The notes under the pieces are model-generated. The model was not told the DNA's origin. It worked only from the letters and a program-made list of their open reading frames with translations, and did not search any database. Positions 41,476 through 52,515 of a DNA stretch of 64,000 nucleotides are shown here, piece after piece. The stretch's first letter is position 1, and every line of letters begins with the position of its first letter. Position numbers and translations under genes: made by a program. Origin of the DNA: an uncultured Chthonomonadaceae bacterium (GTDB taxonomy: Bacteria > Armatimonadota > Chthonomonadetes > Chthonomonadales > Chthonomonadaceae). The DNA lies in assembly GCA_963835065.1 (NCBI GenBank), contig CAWIEK010000012.1, forward strand, positions 25,761-89,760, read 5' to 3'.

Positions 41476-43218
41476 ATGAGCCTGTTTATTGACGGCACAA
41501 TCATTCTTCTCTACTTCGCGCTTATTACCTACGTCGGGTTGGCGATGGGGAAGCGCGACAACAGCCTGCGCGATTTTGCGCTTGGCGGGCGGAATATTCC
41601 CTGGTGGGCGGTGATGGCGTCCATTATCGCGGCGGAAACCAGCGCGGCCACGTTTTTGGGCGCTCCGGGCGAGGGGTACGACAAGCGCAGCATGGTCTAC
41701 GTGCAGCTTGTGATGGGCGTCATCATCGGGCGCTTTCTCATCGGCAATTTTTTCCTCAAGCCCTACTACACCTATAAAGTCTACACGGTCTATGATTATC
41801 TGGGCGTTCGCTTCGGACCTCGCACCAAGAATTATGTTTCGGGCCTGTTTCTGGTCATGCGAACATTGGCGTCGGGAACGCGATTGTTTATACCGTCGCT
41901 CGTAATGGTGCTGGTGTGGCGCTTGTTTACGAATGGTGGGCAGCCTGTCGCGTTCAGTCAGCAGGCTGTCAACAGCGTCAGTCCGTATGTCATTGCCATT
42001 GTCGCGCTGACCGCGTTCACCTGCATTTATACGGCAATGGGCGGTATCAAGGCGGTTATCTGGACGGACGTGATACAGGCGTGTCTGATGTTCGGCGGCG
42101 CCCTGATCGCCATCGGCACACTGCTGCATCACGTCGGCGGCTTTGCTGCGGTTGCCCGGAGTGTGCCGAACATGACGCATATACAGGGCTACTTCCTGAC
42201 CGGGTTGGAACCGGATGCCGTTGCCGCGTGGCAGGCGAAAGAGCATGTACAGGCTATGACGTTCAGGCAGTATGTTCGGCTCGTGTTTGCCAGTGATTAC
42301 ACCCTGTTTTCCGCCCTGATCGCTTCCACATTGACCAACATGGCCGCGTTCGGCACGGATCAGGACATGGTGCAGCGGATGCTCACCGCCACGACGTACA
42401 AAAGCGCGCGGCGCAGCCTGCTCACCGCCGCGTTCATGGACATTCCCATCGCCGCCGCGTTTACGTTTATCGGCATCCTGCTGTACGTGTATTATCAGCA
42501 GGACCCGACGTACAAGCCCGCCGCCAACTCGGACGTGTTCGGCGCGTATATCTTAAATGTCATGCCGACGGGAATACGCGGGCTGGTGCTGGCAGGCGTG
42601 TTCGCAACCGCTATGGGATCGCTGTCCGCCGCGCTCAACGCGCTGGCGACAAGCGCGACGAATGACTGGTACATTCCCCGCATCGCGGCGCGTCTGCCCC
42701 ATGCCGACGAAGCGCAGGTTGTGCGGGCGGCGCGCGGGTTTACCCTGCTGTTCGCCGGCCTGATGGTTCTCATTGCCGTCGCGTTCGCCAAAGCCAAAGT
42801 GACCGATCCGAACATCCGCATCATTCCCGTTGTATTGGGCATTGCCGGATTCATTCTCGGCCCCATGCTCGGCGTGTTTCTCATCGGCATGTTCACGCGC
42901 AACCGGGGTTCGGATCGGGGCAACATCCTGGCCGTCACCCTCGGTCTGATGGCGACAATTATTTTAGGCCGCCTGCACCTTACGCTTGCCAATACCTTCT
43001 TTCCGTCAAGCAGCCCGCAGCCGCGTTTCACAGCCCCCGACTGGCTGCCGCAAGTATCGTTTACATGGTTCGCCATGATCGGCGCATTGGTCGTATTCAG
43101 CGTGGGCGTGTTGTTCCGCACCCCGGCCTACGTTCTGGAAGCCGCCAAACGCAAAGCGGAGGAAGCAATTGAAGGAGGAGACCAGCCTCTGGTGCTGCGT
43201 GACGTTAAGAGCAGTTGA
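41476..43218 (+). CDS. Sodium:solute symporter (SSS family), intact copy
   Basis: GGRNIPWW...SIIAAETSAATFLG.PG, GGIKAVIWTDVIQ, GTDQDMVQR, AMGSLSAALNAL. Confidence 0.93.
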   Translation: MSLFIDGTIILLYFALITYVGLAMGKRDNSLRDFALGGRNIPWWAVMASIIAAETSAATFLGAPGEGYDKRSMVYVQLVMGVIIGRFLIGNFFLKPYYTYKVYTVYDYLGVRFGPRTKNYVSGLFLVMRTLASGTRLFIPSLVMVLVWRLFTNGGQPVAFSQQAVNSVSPYVIAIVALTAFTCIYTAMGGIKAVIWTDVIQACLMFGGALIAIGTLLHHVGGFAAVARSVPNMTHIQGYFLTGLEPDAVAAWQAKEHVQAMTFRQYVRLVFASDYTLFSALIASTLTNMAAFGTDQDMVQRMLTATTYKSARRSLLTAAFMDIPIAAAFTFIGILLYVYYQQDPTYKPAANSDVFGAYILNVMPTGIRGLVLAGVFATAMGSLSAALNALATSATNDWYIPRIAARLPHADEAQVVRAARGFTLLFAGLMVLIAVAFAKAKVTDPNIRIIPVVLGIAGFILGPMLGVFLIGMFTRNRGSDRGNILAVTLGLMATIILGRLHLTLANTFFPSSSPQPRFTAPDWLPQVSFTWFAMIGALVVFSVGVLFRTPAYVLEAAKRKAEEAIEGGDQPLVLRDVKSS

Positions 43219-43297
43219 AGGACAGTCGAACGAAGTTGGCGCGAAGGCCACGAAATAAATTGTTGCTGTAGGGCGTTCCGCCTGCATAAGAGCCTCG

Positions 43298-43771
43298 TTA
43301 AAGGATAGGATAGGCTCGGACGGCGCGTACAAGCTGCTCCGGCGGCGCCTGCTGCCCTTCGGCAATCGGGCGCAGCAGCACGGTCTGCGGCTGTTCTTTG
43401 GCCGGGTCTGACGAGGGACGTACCAGCCGTTCCGGGGCGGGCAGATAGTGTACCGTGCTTGCCAGCAAGGGAACGCCCGCGTCTATTTTCCGGGAATGGG
43501 TCAGGCACCACCTTGCGCTGACGGAACAAACATAGATCAGCACGGGCAGAAACAGCATCAGCCAAACGCAGTCCGTCGTGACAAGCGCCTGCAATGCAGG
43601 CAGGGGCGCAAAGCGCAGAATGCCGAAGGCAAAACAGAGCACAATCACCAGCCCGGCATACGCCGCCAGATAGAATAGCAGGCTGTCTAGCCACCAAAAA
43701 CCGCGCTTGACCTGCGCCCGCAGATACGCGCCCTTGCTCACAACCCGCTTACTCGTCGCGTTCGGCTCCAT
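43298..43771 (-). CDS. Hypothetical 2-TM protein with C-terminal LVR/LLR...PPEQLVRA motif
   Basis: GGAG upstream of MEPNAT; two hydrophobic segments. Confidence 0.7.
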   Translation of the reverse strand: MEPNATSKRVVSKGAYLRAQVKRGFWWLDSLLFYLAAYAGLVIVLCFAFGILRFAPLPALQALVTTDCVWLMLFLPVLIYVCSVSARWCLTHSRKIDAGVPLLASTVHYLPAPERLVRPSSDPAKEQPQTVLLRPIAEGQQAPPEQLVRAVRAYPIL

Positions 43772-43882
43772 GCCTGCTCCTCCTGCTCTTATCCCGCTTC
43801 CCCTGTTCAATCCTCTCCCGTTCAATTTCGACAGGCATCACAAGAATTCCTGCTTTGCCGGTATCTCGGTATCTCGCTACAG

Positions 43883-44065
43883 CTATTGGCTCAAACGGCT
43901 TCCAATCATGCCGCCAATGCCCGCGCAAAGGGCTGAGGGAGCAATATCAGTAAAGCCATGCGGTTCGCCCATCAGAAGATGCAGCAGCCATAAAGCGAAA
44001 AAACAAGCAAGAACCATGTAAATGTATGTGACCGAACGGCTATACTGCCTTTGCCGGTTCTTCAT
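43883..44065 (-). CDS. Small 2-TM hypothetical protein
   Basis: AGGAG RBS before MKNRQ; two hydrophobic segments. Confidence 0.6.
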   Translation of the reverse strand: MKNRQRQYSRSVTYIYMVLACFFALWLLHLLMGEPHGFTDIAPSALCAGIGGMIGSRLSQ

Positions 44066-44318
44066 GGCTACTCCTAATTTATGGGCAGGGTTCAAAAGAG
44101 AAGATTGTTTGGAAACAACATGCGGGCAGCGCGCGTCCCATTAGTATATTGATTTGTCGGGCGCTTTGAACTTATTTTACAGTCTTATTCCGTTGTACGA
44201 AGACTTTACTTTCCGCGTTTCCAAACCAGCCTGCGCAGACCTGGGGCGCGTCTGTAAAACACAGCAGAAATTCAGCATCGTTGCTTATGAGCAGCAGGAA
44301 GATAGAGAGCCGCCGTAT

Positions 44319-44738
44319 ATGACTACTTCCAATGCAAACCCTTCCAATTCCACTCCGCGCCCGCGCCGCCAGCCGCCCCTGATTCTGGTCGCCGACGATG
44401 TTGGCGTTCAGGTTCGCCTGACTACATTATGTTTGGAGCGGGCAAATTATGCGGTCATGGCGTGTTCCAATGGCAAGGATGCGCTGGAAAGCATCCAGGC
44501 CAACCTGCCCGATCTGGTACTGCTCGACGTAGATATGCCGGGCATGAACGGCTTTCAAGTCTTGGATGCGCTGCGCCGCGACCCCGCAACGCAGACTATT
44601 CCCGTCATCATGCTGACAGCCCACGCCAAAGATTCCGGGCTGTTCGACGAGTGGGCCACGTCTGCCGACGCTTTTATGACCAAGCCGTTCAGTCCGCAGC
44701 AACTTGTGCAGGCAGTTAAGCAGGTTTTCGGGGAATAG
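44319..44738 (+). CDS. Single-domain response regulator (REC)
   Basis: ILVADD, PDLVLLDVDMPGMNG, VIMLTA, TKPF. Confidence 0.92.
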   Translation: MTTSNANPSNSTPRPRRQPPLILVADDVGVQVRLTTLCLERANYAVMACSNGKDALESIQANLPDLVLLDVDMPGMNGFQVLDALRRDPATQTIPVIMLTAHAKDSGLFDEWATSADAFMTKPFSPQQLVQAVKQVFGE

Positions 44739-44894
44739 GTTTGTAGGGTGTTAGGGTTTTAAGGTTTTAGATTTCAAGTTGTTAGGGTTGCAGTATTCGC
44801 GCGAACCGCGACGTGAAGGCTTTTGCGCGTTTTAGGTTCCAAGTTGTTAGGGCTGCAGGGTTCTATGGGCGCGGGGTTTTAGGAGAACAAACTA

Positions 44895-45149
44895 ATGCGT
44901 AAGATCAGGGAAACGGGTAAGGCGGCGGTAGGCGGGGGGCGGAGCGCGCAGTCCGGCGCGGGCGTGTTCTATCACATGAGCGAGGCGGAGTACGAGGAGA
45001 TGCTTGCCGACCCCGCCTGCGACACAGAGTTGTTTGCAGGCGAGGCCGTGGAGATACTGGAGAAAAAGCGCGTTGAGCCGGAACTGGCCTACAAAATACG
45101 CGAGGACGTTATCCGGCAAGCCGGTTTGGGCTACTGGATTGATATGTAG
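44895..45149 (+). CDS. Small hypothetical protein flanked by inverted octamer arrays
   Basis: AGGAG RBS; upstream (gggtttta)-like units and downstream (taaaaccc/tgaaaccc) units. Confidence 0.5.
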   Translation: MRKIRETGKAAVGGGRSAQSGAGVFYHMSEAEYEEMLADPACDTELFAGEAVEILEKKRVEPELAYKIREDVIRQAGLGYWIDM

Positions 45150-45215
45150 GCGTACCTGCTCCAATACGTGCCAATCAACCTAAAACCCTGAAACCATAAC
45201 ACCCTGAAACCCTAC

Positions 45216-46670
45216 TCACACTGCCGCGCCCCGTCCCGGCTGACGCGCGGCAACCTTAGCCACAATGTTCGGACCGTGATCGGTTTCCCAGCAGCGCTTG
45301 GCGGCAGGAAACACTTTGCCGGGATTGCACAGGTTGTTGCGGTTGAACACGCCTTTGAGTTTCGCCATCAAATCCAGGTCGCTGTCGGTAAACATCATGG
45401 TCATGGCTTCCTGCTTTTCCACGCCGATGCCATGCTCGCCCGTAATCGAGCCGCCCACGTCCACGCACAACTGCAAAATCTCCTCGCCCGCATGAAGCAC
45501 GTTCTGCACCGCGCCCGGATCGCGCTCATCGAACATTAAATTCGGGTGCAGGTTGCCGTCGCCCGCATGGAACACGTTGCCCACCTCCAGGCCATGCCGA
45601 GCGGCAATAGCCCGCACTTCGCGGATCACTTCAGGCAGTTTGGTGCGCGGGATTACGCCGTCGTGCGTAACCATAGACTTGCCCAATCGTCCCAATGCCC
45701 CGAACGCCTGCTTACGCGCTTTCCACAGCAGGGCGCGTTCCAGATCGGTACTCGCGGATCGCACTTCCCGCGCTCCGTTGCGCTGCGCGATTTCGCGGCA
45801 ATGGGCCGCTTCCTCATCCAAGCCGACTTCCAGGCCGTCCACTTCCATAATCAGCACGGCTTCGGCGTCCAGAGGAAATCCCAGGTGAAACGCTTCCTCA
45901 CACGCCTTGATGATAAAGGTGTCAATGAGTTCCAGCGCGGCGGGCAAAACGCCCTCGGCGATTAAATCCGAAACCGTTTGCGTGGCCTGATCTACCGTTT
46001 CAAAGATCGCCAGCAGGGTACGCACGGACTGCGGCAGGGGCGTCAGGCGAATGGTCACTTCTGTCACCAATCCCATCGTGCCTTCCGAACCGACGATAAG
46101 GCCGACAAGATCGTAACCAGGCGCGTCTTCGGCCTTGCCGCCTAAATGGACGATTTCCCCATCCGGCAGCACCATTGTCAGGCCGGTGACGTGGTTGGTG
46201 GTGACGCCATATTTGAGCGTGTGCGGCCCGCCGGAATTTTCCGCGACATTGCCGCCCACCGTACACGCGCCCTGACTGGACGGATCGGGCGCGTAGTGCA
46301 GATGGTCACTCTTAACCTTTTTGGTGAGGTAGGTGTTGACCACGCCCGCCTGCGCAATCATGCGGCGATTGGGCACATCCGTTTCCAGAATTTTGTTGAG
46401 TCGGATGGTGGACAAAATGACGCCGCCATGCGTGGCCGTCGCGCCGCCCGACAGCCCGGTTCCCGCCCCGCGCGGAATAAACGGAACGTTCAGCCGATTG
46501 CACAATTGAACAATTTTCGCCACCTGTTGCGTGTCGGTTGGCAGCACAACGGCGTCCGGGTAATGCTTTTCCGGCGAATAGGCGTCACTATCATACGCGC
46601 GCATTTCTGCTTTGCTAGCCAGCACGTTTTCATGCCCGACAATATGCCGCAGTTCTCGTATCAGTTCCAT
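45216..46670 (-). CDS. glcD: FAD-linked oxidase, glycolate oxidase subunit GlcD-like, intact copy
   Basis: PRGAGTGLSGG, PDPSSQ..CTVGGNVAENSGG.H.LKYG.T, GSEGT.G, HAGDGNLHP, GEHGIGVEK, NPGK. Confidence 0.9.
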   Translation of the reverse strand: MELIRELRHIVGHENVLASKAEMRAYDSDAYSPEKHYPDAVVLPTDTQQVAKIVQLCNRLNVPFIPRGAGTGLSGGATATHGGVILSTIRLNKILETDVPNRRMIAQAGVVNTYLTKKVKSDHLHYAPDPSSQGACTVGGNVAENSGGPHTLKYGVTTNHVTGLTMVLPDGEIVHLGGKAEDAPGYDLVGLIVGSEGTMGLVTEVTIRLTPLPQSVRTLLAIFETVDQATQTVSDLIAEGVLPAALELIDTFIIKACEEAFHLGFPLDAEAVLIMEVDGLEVGLDEEAAHCREIAQRNGAREVRSASTDLERALLWKARKQAFGALGRLGKSMVTHDGVIPRTKLPEVIREVRAIAARHGLEVGNVFHAGDGNLHPNLMFDERDPGAVQNVLHAGEEILQLCVDVGGSITGEHGIGVEKQEAMTMMFTDSDLDLMAKLKGVFNRNNLCNPGKVFPAAKRCWETDHGPNIVAKVAARQPGRGAAV

Positions 46671-46786
46671 GCGTTTTCTCCATATACGCCAAGCAGTAAG
46701 CAAGTAGTTGAAAATCACTTCCATTTCCACGCTCCACTTTCACGGCTTATCGCGACAACGAAACTTTGTGCGGCAACGCTTGCCGG

Positions 46787-48497
46787 TTCTCAACTTCGCG
46801 CTTATTACCTACGTTGGGTTGGCGATGGGGAAGCGTGACAACAGCCTGCGCGATTTTGCGCTTGGCGGGCGGTATATTCCCTGGTGGGCGGTGATGGCAT
46901 CCATTATCGCGGCGGAAACCAGCGCGGCCACGTTTTTGGGCGCTCCGGGCGAAGGGTACGACAAGCGCAGCATGGTCTACGTGCAGCTTGTGATGGGCGT
47001 CATTATCGGGCGCTTTCTCATCGGCAATTTTTTCCTCAAGCCTTACTACACTACAAAGTCTACACGGTCTACGATTATCTGGGCGTTCGCTTCGGGCCTC
47101 GCACCAAGAATTATGTTTCGGGCCTGTTTCTGGTCATGCGGACATTGGCGTCGGGAACGCGATTGTTTATACCGTCGCTCGTGATGGTGCTGGTGTGGCG
47201 CTTGTTTACGAACGGTGGGCAGCCTGTCGCGTTCAGCCAGCAGGCTGTCAACAGCGTCAGTCCGTATGTCATTGCCATTGTCGCGCTGACCGCGTTCACC
47301 TGCATTTATACGGCAATGGGCGGTATCAAGGCGGTTATCTGGACGGACGTGATACAGGCGTGTCTGATGTTCGGCGGCGCCCTGATCGCCATCGGCACAC
47401 TGCTGCATCATGTCGGCGGCTTTGATGCGGTTGCCCGGAGTGTGCCGAACATGACGCATATACAGGGCTACTTCCTGACCGGGTTGGAACCGGATGCTGT
47501 TGCCGCGTGGCAGGCAAAAGAGCATGTGCAGGCTATGACGTTCGGGCAGTATGTTCGGCTCGTGTTTGCCAGTGATTACACCCTGTTTTCCGCCCTGATC
47601 GCTTCCACATTGACCAACATGGCCGCGTTCGGCACGGATCAGGACATGGTGCAGCGGATGCTCACCGCCACGACGTACAAAAGCGCGCGGCGCAGCCTGC
47701 TCACCGCCGCGTTCATGGACATTCCCATCGCCGCCGCGTTTACGTTTATCGGCATCCTGCTGTACGTGTATTATCAGCAGGACCCGACGTACAAGCCCGC
47801 CGCCAACTCGGACGTGTTCGGCGCGTATATCCTAAATGTCATGCCGACGGGAATACGCGGGCTGGTGCTGGTAGGCGTGTTCGCAACCGCTATGGGATCG
47901 CTGTCCGCCGCGCTGAACGCGCTGGCGACAAGCGCGACGAATGACTGGTACATTCCCCGCATCGCGGCGCGTCTGCCCCATGCCGACGAAGCGCAGGTTG
48001 TGCGGGCGGCGCGCGGGTTTACCCTGCTGTTCGCCGGCCTGATGGTTCTCATTGCCGTCGCGTTCGCCAAAGCCAAAGTGACCGATCCGAACATCCGCAT
48101 CATTCCCGTTGTATTGGGCATTGCCGGATTTATTCTCGGCCCCATGCTCGGCGTGTTTCTCATCGGCATGTTCACGCGCAACCGGGGTTCGGATCGGGGC
48201 AACATCCTGGCCGTCACCCTCGGCCTGATGGCGACAATTATTTTAGGCCGCCTGCACCTTACGCTTGCCAATACCTTCTTTCCGTCAAGCAGCCCGCAGC
48301 CGCGTTTCACAGCCCCCGACTGGCTGCCGCAAGTATCGTTTACATGGTTCGCCATGATCGGCGCATTGGTCGTATTCAGCGTGGGCGTGTTGTTCCGCAC
48401 CCCGGCCTACGTTCTGGAAGCCGCCAAACGCAAAGCGGAGGAAGCAATTGAAGGAGGAGACCAGCCTCTGGTGCTGCGTGACGTTAAGAGCAGTTGA
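46787..48497 (+). pseudogene. Duplicated SSS symporter lacking its first ~10 codons/start, with a frameshift near 47051
   Basis: Begins at the duplication junction; tacactacaaag versus tacacctataaag in copy 1. Confidence 0.75.
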
Positions 48498-48576
48498 AGG
48501 ACAGTCGAACGAAGTTGGCACGAAGGCCACGAAATAAATTGTTGCTGTAGGGCGTTCCGCCTGCATAAGAGCCTCG

Positions 48577-49051
48577 TTAAAGGATAGGATAGGCTCGGAC
48601 GGCGCGTACAAGCTGCTCCGGCGGCGTCTGCTGCCCTTCGGCAATCGGGCGCAGCAGCACGGTCTGCGGCTGTTCTTTGGCCGGGTCTGACGAGGGACGT
48701 ACCAGCCGTTCCGGGGCGGGCAGATAGTGTACCGTGCTTGCCAGCAAGGGAACGCCCGCGTCTATTTTCCGGGAATGGGTCAGGCACCACCTTGCGCTGA
48801 CGGAACAAACATAGATCAGCACGGGCAGAAACAGCATCAGCCAGAACGCAGTCCGTCGTGACAAGCGCCTGCAATGCAGGCAGGGGCGCAAAGCGCAGAA
48901 TGCCGAAGGCAAAACAGAGCACAATCACCAGCCCGGCATACGCCGCCAGATAGAATAGCAGGCTGTCTAGCCACCAAAAACCGCGCTTGACCTGCGCCCG
49001 CAGATACGCGCCCTTGCTCACAACCCGCTTACTCGTCGCGTTCGGCTCCAT
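48577..49051 (-). CDS. Duplicate 2-TM hypothetical protein (frameshift near 48844)
   Basis: Copy of 43298-43771 with a 1-bp insertion. Confidence 0.65.
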
Positions 49052-49162
49052 GCCTGCTCCTCCTGCTCTTATCCCGCTTCCCCTGTTCAATCCTCTCCCG
49101 TTCAATTTCGACAGGCATCACAAGAATTCCTGCTTTGCCGGTATCTCGGTATCTCGCTACAG

Positions 49163-49345
49163 CTATTGGCTCAAACGGCTTCCAATCATGCCGCCAATGC
49201 CCGCGCAAAGGGCTGAGGGAGCAATATCAGTAAAGCCATGCGGTTCGCCCATCAGAAGATGCAGCAGCCATAAAGCGAAAAAACAAGCAAGAACCATGTA
49301 AATGTATGTGACCGAACGGCTATACTGCCTTTGCCGGTTCTTCAT
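49163..49345 (-). CDS. Duplicate small 2-TM protein
   Basis: Identical translation to 43883-44065. Confidence 0.6.
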   Translation of the reverse strand: MKNRQRQYSRSVTYIYMVLACFFALWLLHLLMGEPHGFTDIAPSALCAGIGGMIGSRLSQ

Positions 49346-49598
49346 GGCTACTCCTAATTTATGGGCAGGGTTCAAAAGAGAAGATTGTTTGGAAACAACA
49401 TGCGGGCAGCGCGCGTCCCATTAGTATATTGATTTGTCGGGCGCTTTGAACTTATTTTACAGTCTTATTCCGTTGTACGAAGACTTTACTTTCCGCGTTT
49501 CCAAACCAGCCTGCGCAGACCTGGGGCGCGTCTGTAAAACACAGCAGAAATTCAGCATCGTTGCTTATGAGCAGCAGGAAGATAGAGAGCCGCCGTAT

Positions 49599-50018
49599 AT
49601 GACTACTTCCAATGCAAACCCTTCCAATTCCACTCCGCGCCCGCGCCGCCAGCCGCCCCTGATTCTGGTCGCCGACGATGTTGGCGTTCAGGTTCGCCTG
49701 ACTACATTATGTTTGGAGCGGGCAAATTATGCGGTCATGGCGTGTTCCAATGGCAAGGATGCGCTGGAAAGCATCCAGGCCAACCTGCCCGATCTGGTAC
49801 TGCTCGACGTAGATATGCCGGGCATGAACGGCTTTCAAGTCTTGGATGCGCTGCGCCGCGACCCCGCAACGCAGACTATTCCTGTCATCATGCTGACAGC
49901 CCACGCCAAAGATTCCGGGCTGTTCGACGAGTGGGCCACGTCTGCCGACGCTTTTATGACCAAGCCGTTCAGTCCGCAGCAACTTGTGCAGGCAGTTAAG
50001 CAGGTTTTCGGGGAATAG
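49599..50018 (+). CDS. Duplicate single-domain response regulator
   Basis: Identical translation to 44319-44738. Confidence 0.9.
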   Translation: MTTSNANPSNSTPRPRRQPPLILVADDVGVQVRLTTLCLERANYAVMACSNGKDALESIQANLPDLVLLDVDMPGMNGFQVLDALRRDPATQTIPVIMLTAHAKDSGLFDEWATSADAFMTKPFSPQQLVQAVKQVFGE

Positions 50019-50174
50019 GTTTGTAGGGTGTTAGGGTTTTAAGGTTTTAGGTTTCAAGTTGTTAGGGTTGCAGTATTCGCGCGAACCGCGACGTGAAGGC
50101 TTTTGCGCGTTTTAGGTTCCAAGTTGTTAGGGTTGCAGGGTTCTATGGGCGCGGGGTTTTAGGAGAACAAACTA

Positions 50175-50429
50175 ATGCGTAAGATCAGGGAAACGGGTAA
50201 GGCGGCGGTAGGCGGGGGGCGGAGCGCGCAGTCCGGCGCGGGCGTGTTCTATCACATGAGCGAGGCGGAGTACGAGGAGATGCTTGCCGACCCCGCCTGC
50301 GACACAGAGTTGTTTGCAGGCGAGGCCGTGGAGATACTGGAGAAAAAGCGCGTTGAGCCGGAACTGGCCTACAAAATACGCGAGGACGTTATCCGGCAAG
50401 CCGGTTTGGGCTACTGGATTGATATGTAG
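50175..50429 (+). CDS. Duplicate small hypothetical protein
   Basis: Identical translation to 44895-45149. Confidence 0.5.
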   Translation: MRKIRETGKAAVGGGRSAQSGAGVFYHMSEAEYEEMLADPACDTELFAGEAVEILEKKRVEPELAYKIREDVIRQAGLGYWIDM

Positions 50430-50495
50430 GCGTACCTGCTCCAATACGTGCCAATCAACCTAAAACCCTGAAACCATAACACCCTGAAACCCTAC

Positions 50496-51951
50496 TCACA
50501 CTGCCGCGCCCCGTCCCGGCTGGCGCGCGGCAACCTTAGCCACAATGTTCGGGCCGTGATCGGTTTCCCAGCAGCGCTTGGCGGCAGGAAACACTTTGCC
50601 GGGATTGCACAGGTTGTTGCGGTTGAACACGCCTTTGAGTTTTGCCATCAAATCCAGGTCGCTGTCGGTAAACATCATGGTCATGGCTTCCTGCTTTTCC
50701 ACGCCGATGCCATGCTCGCCCGTAATCGAGCCGCCCACGTCCACGCACAACTGCAAAATCTCCTCGCCCGCATGAAGCACGTTCTGCACCGCGCCCGGAT
50801 CGCGCTCATCGAACATTAAATTCGGGTGCAGGTTGCCGTCGCCCGCATGGAACACGTTGCCCACCTCCAGGCCATGCCGAGCCGCAATGGCGCGCACTTC
50901 GCGGATCACTTCAGGCAGTTTGGTGCGCGGGATTACGCCGTCGTGCGTGACCATAGACTTGCCCAATCGTCCCAATGCCCCGAACGCCTGCTTGCGCGCT
51001 TTCCACAGCAGGGCGCGTTCCAGATCGGTACTCGCGGACCGCACTTCCCGCGCTCCGTTACGCTCGCGCGATTTCGCGGCAATGGGCCGCTTCCTCATCC
51101 AAGCCGACTTCCAGGCCGTCCACTTCCATAATCAGCACGGCTTCGGCGTCCAGGGGAAATCCCAGGTGAAACGCTTCCTCACACGCCTTGATGATAAAGG
51201 TGTCAATGAGTTCCAGCGCGGCGGGCAAAACGCCCTCGGCGATTAAATCCGAAACCGTTTGCGTGGCCTGATCTACCGTTTCAAAGATCGCCAGCAGGGT
51301 ACGCACGGACTGCGGCAGGGGCGTCAGGCGAATTGTCACTTCTGTCACCAATCCCATCGTGCCTTCCGAACCGACGATAAGGCCGACAAGATCGTAACCC
51401 GGCGCGTCTTCGGCCTTGCCGCCCAAATGGACGATTTCCCCATCCGGCAGCACCATTGTCAGGCCGGTAACGTGGTTGGTGGTGACGCCATATTTGAGCG
51501 TGTGCGGTCCGCCGGAATTTTCCGCCACATTGCCGCCCACCGTACACGCGCCCTGACTGGACGGATCGGGCGCGTAGTGCAGATGGTCGCTCTTAACCTT
51601 CTTTGTCAGGTAGGTATTGACCACGCCCGCCTGCGCGATCATGCGGCGATTGGGCACATCGGTTTCCAGAATCTTGTTGAGCCGAATGGTGGACAAAATG
51701 ACGCCGCCCTGCGTGGCCGTCGCGCCGCCCGACAGCCCGGTTCCCGCCCCACGCGGCACAAACGGGACGTTCAGCCGATTGCACAGTTTGACAATTTGCG
51801 CCACCTGTTGCGTGTCGGTTGGCAGCACAACGGCGTCCGGGTAATGCTTTTCCGGCGAATAGGCGTCACTATCATACGCGCGCATTTGCGCTTTGCTAGC
51901 CAGCACGTTTTCATGCCCGACAATCTGCCGCAGTTCTCGTATCAGTTCCAT
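50496..51951 (-). CDS. glcD: GlcD-like FAD-linked oxidase, second copy, frameshift near 51063
   Basis: ORFs 51058-52011 and 50496-51098 together match copy 1. Confidence 0.85.
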
Positions 51952-52027
51952 GCGTTTTCTCCATTTACGCCAAGCAGTAAGCAAGTAGTTGAAAGTTACT
52001 CCCATTACCACGCTCCACTTTCACGGC

Positions 52028-52466
52028 TTATCGCGACAACGAAACTTTGTGCGGCGGCGCTTGCCAATTCTCAATGTAAATCGCGCCGCTTTTTCCAAAA
52101 CGGTACGTGACCGGAACCGTATCGCCAACATGCGTCCAGGTAAGGCGTTCATCATCAGCGACATCATTGCCGGGTATGACACTGAGGCCAGCCTGTACGC
52201 CCCTCTATGCGAAACGTCAGATTGACGCTGTACCCCCGTTTGCTGCTTATGGGAGTCATAGTTGCTACAACCGCCGTTCCCGAACGAAGCGGCGCGTTGG
52301 CTATATCTCGCTCTCGAAGATTTACACGCAGAAGACTGCCGCCAACTATGTAGACAATCAAAGTCAGAGGCAACAGCGATATAAGAACTATCTTCGCTGC
52401 CATCTGAACCTTAAAGCGTAAGGAGAACAGGTGTTGTTTTTGCGTAGTTGTTTGCGATTCGCGCAT
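52028..52466 (-). CDS. Hypothetical single-TM protein, DUF3592-like (frameshift near 52190)
   Basis: TM segment in ORF 52164-52481; continuation reads GLSVIPGND...HVGDTVPVTYRFGKSGAIYIENWQAPPHKVSLSR*. Confidence 0.5.
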
Positions 52467-52515
52467 GGTTCTTCGCTCCATACGATTACCATTGGCAACG
52501 CGCCCGCAGGTACTT

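Larger units (their letters stand above)
41507..52072. repeat. Direct tandem duplication, unit ~5280 bp, junction at ~46787-46791
   Basis: 41521 cttattacctacgt = 46801; all intervening genes recur at +5279 to +5281. Confidence 0.95.

Noticed and set aside
46708..47184. Novel fusion protein at the duplication junction
   Set aside because: TTG start without an evident RBS, reading through the antisense of another gene's tail; more likely a junction by-product.
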